NCBI RefSeq assembly: GCF_003918875.1
Contig: NW_025765914.1
Span: forward strand, 496,001-560,000
Direction: 5' to 3'
DNA: 64,000 nt
Origin: Haliotis rubra
Taxonomy: Eukaryota
How positions within the stretch are numbered: the stretch's first letter is position 1; each line of letters opens with the position of its first letter. This document shows, piece by piece, positions 63,031-64,000 of the stretch. The notes beneath the pieces are model-generated. The model saw nothing but the letters and a program-made list of their open reading frames with translations, ran no database searches and was not told where the DNA came from. Position numbers and translations under genes: made by a program.

Positions 63031-64000
63031 CGTTTTATTGCAGAAAACCTTGCACAGTGCTTGGGAACATGATAATAAAACATATTGTTTGGGTGTGCCT
63101 GATTTTTTGGGCCCATTTTCACAAAAATCCAAGATGGCGTCAAAGATGGCCACCTAAAAACAAGGATTTCCAATTCTAACACTACGTGACTTTTCCCCGC
63201 TGGATTAAAACAGAAAACCTGGCACAGTGCTAGGGAACATCATAATAAAACATACTTTTGGGGTGTGCCCGAATTATTTGGCCTATTTTCCCAAAAATCC
63301 AAGATGGCCGCCAAAAATCAAAGAATGCTGACTTCACCCTGAATGGTCGCCGACTATAAAAAATCTTCATTTGTTGCAATATGTGAGATATATTCGCCGT
63401 TCAAAGGGCTATTTCTAATATTTTCAAGAAATATAACAAACATGATTTATGTTTAGTAGTAAAAGATATAATTCATCTTACAATTAATGAAAAGGTTACT
63501 GTTTTGATCAGTCACGTGGCATCATTTTGTCAAACATCGATCTCTGTGATTCTGAAGTCTCGTTTAACAGTTCCCATTGTAGTTGCAGAGCGATGTGCAT
63601 AGAAGTTGAGAAGATTTACAAATACAGTTTTTTTAACATAGAGGTTGAGACTTGCAGCCACATTTGATAAATTTTCAACAACTTCGTGAAGCTTCTGGCA
63701 GTGCCATCCACACCGGTAGCCATGCGTTGTTGTCCCTTGTCAAACCAAACAAATCTGGCTCTGGCGCTTTCTGTCTGGAAAGTAAACAAGTACGCCATAT
63801 GCTGACCTGGTACAAGCTCCTGTTTGTGTGCTGTAGCAGAGCAGGTTCTGGGAGGAAGGTTCTGCATCAACTTGATCTTGCGACCGTTGCAGATCTTGTC
63901 GCAGTTCGTTGACTGTGTTCACTGATGTAGTGCTGTCAGACATGATGCATGTGAATCGCTCAACTTATGAAAACACTTCTGAGTCTTTGTCCACAGTTAA

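Noticed and set aside
63616-63943. Short ORFs at the right edge
   Set aside because: No recognisable motif; probably a fragment of a TE or gene continuing outside the window.

Overview
Repeat-rich animal genomic DNA with spliceosomal introns; the SINE families resemble ones I recall from gastropods such as abalone (Haliotis), unverified. The ORF track misses the main content because the exons are short: a head-to-tail tandem array of six paralogous minus-strand genes (G1-G6) sharing a 5-exon plan, plus one internally deleted relic. Manual splicing (all GT-AG, intron phases 1-2-1-2) gives ~191-194 aa secreted proteins with a near-invariant 18-aa signal exon, a short QRRQN segment, a conserved N-glycosylation sequon and a 12-cysteine domain ending in a C-terminal Cys with highly variable inter-Cys segments. 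G4, G5 and G6 are intact, G2 and G3 each carry one frameshift, and G1 runs off the left edge and looks chimeric. I cannot assign the family to a named gene. The cassettes carry conserved promoter motifs and independently expanded minisatellites. They are interspersed with Tc1/mariner, MULE-, hAT- and Kolobok-like elements, SINEs, Penelope pieces with hammerhead-like motifs, LINE fragments, a solo LTR and a decayed DIRS-like element.
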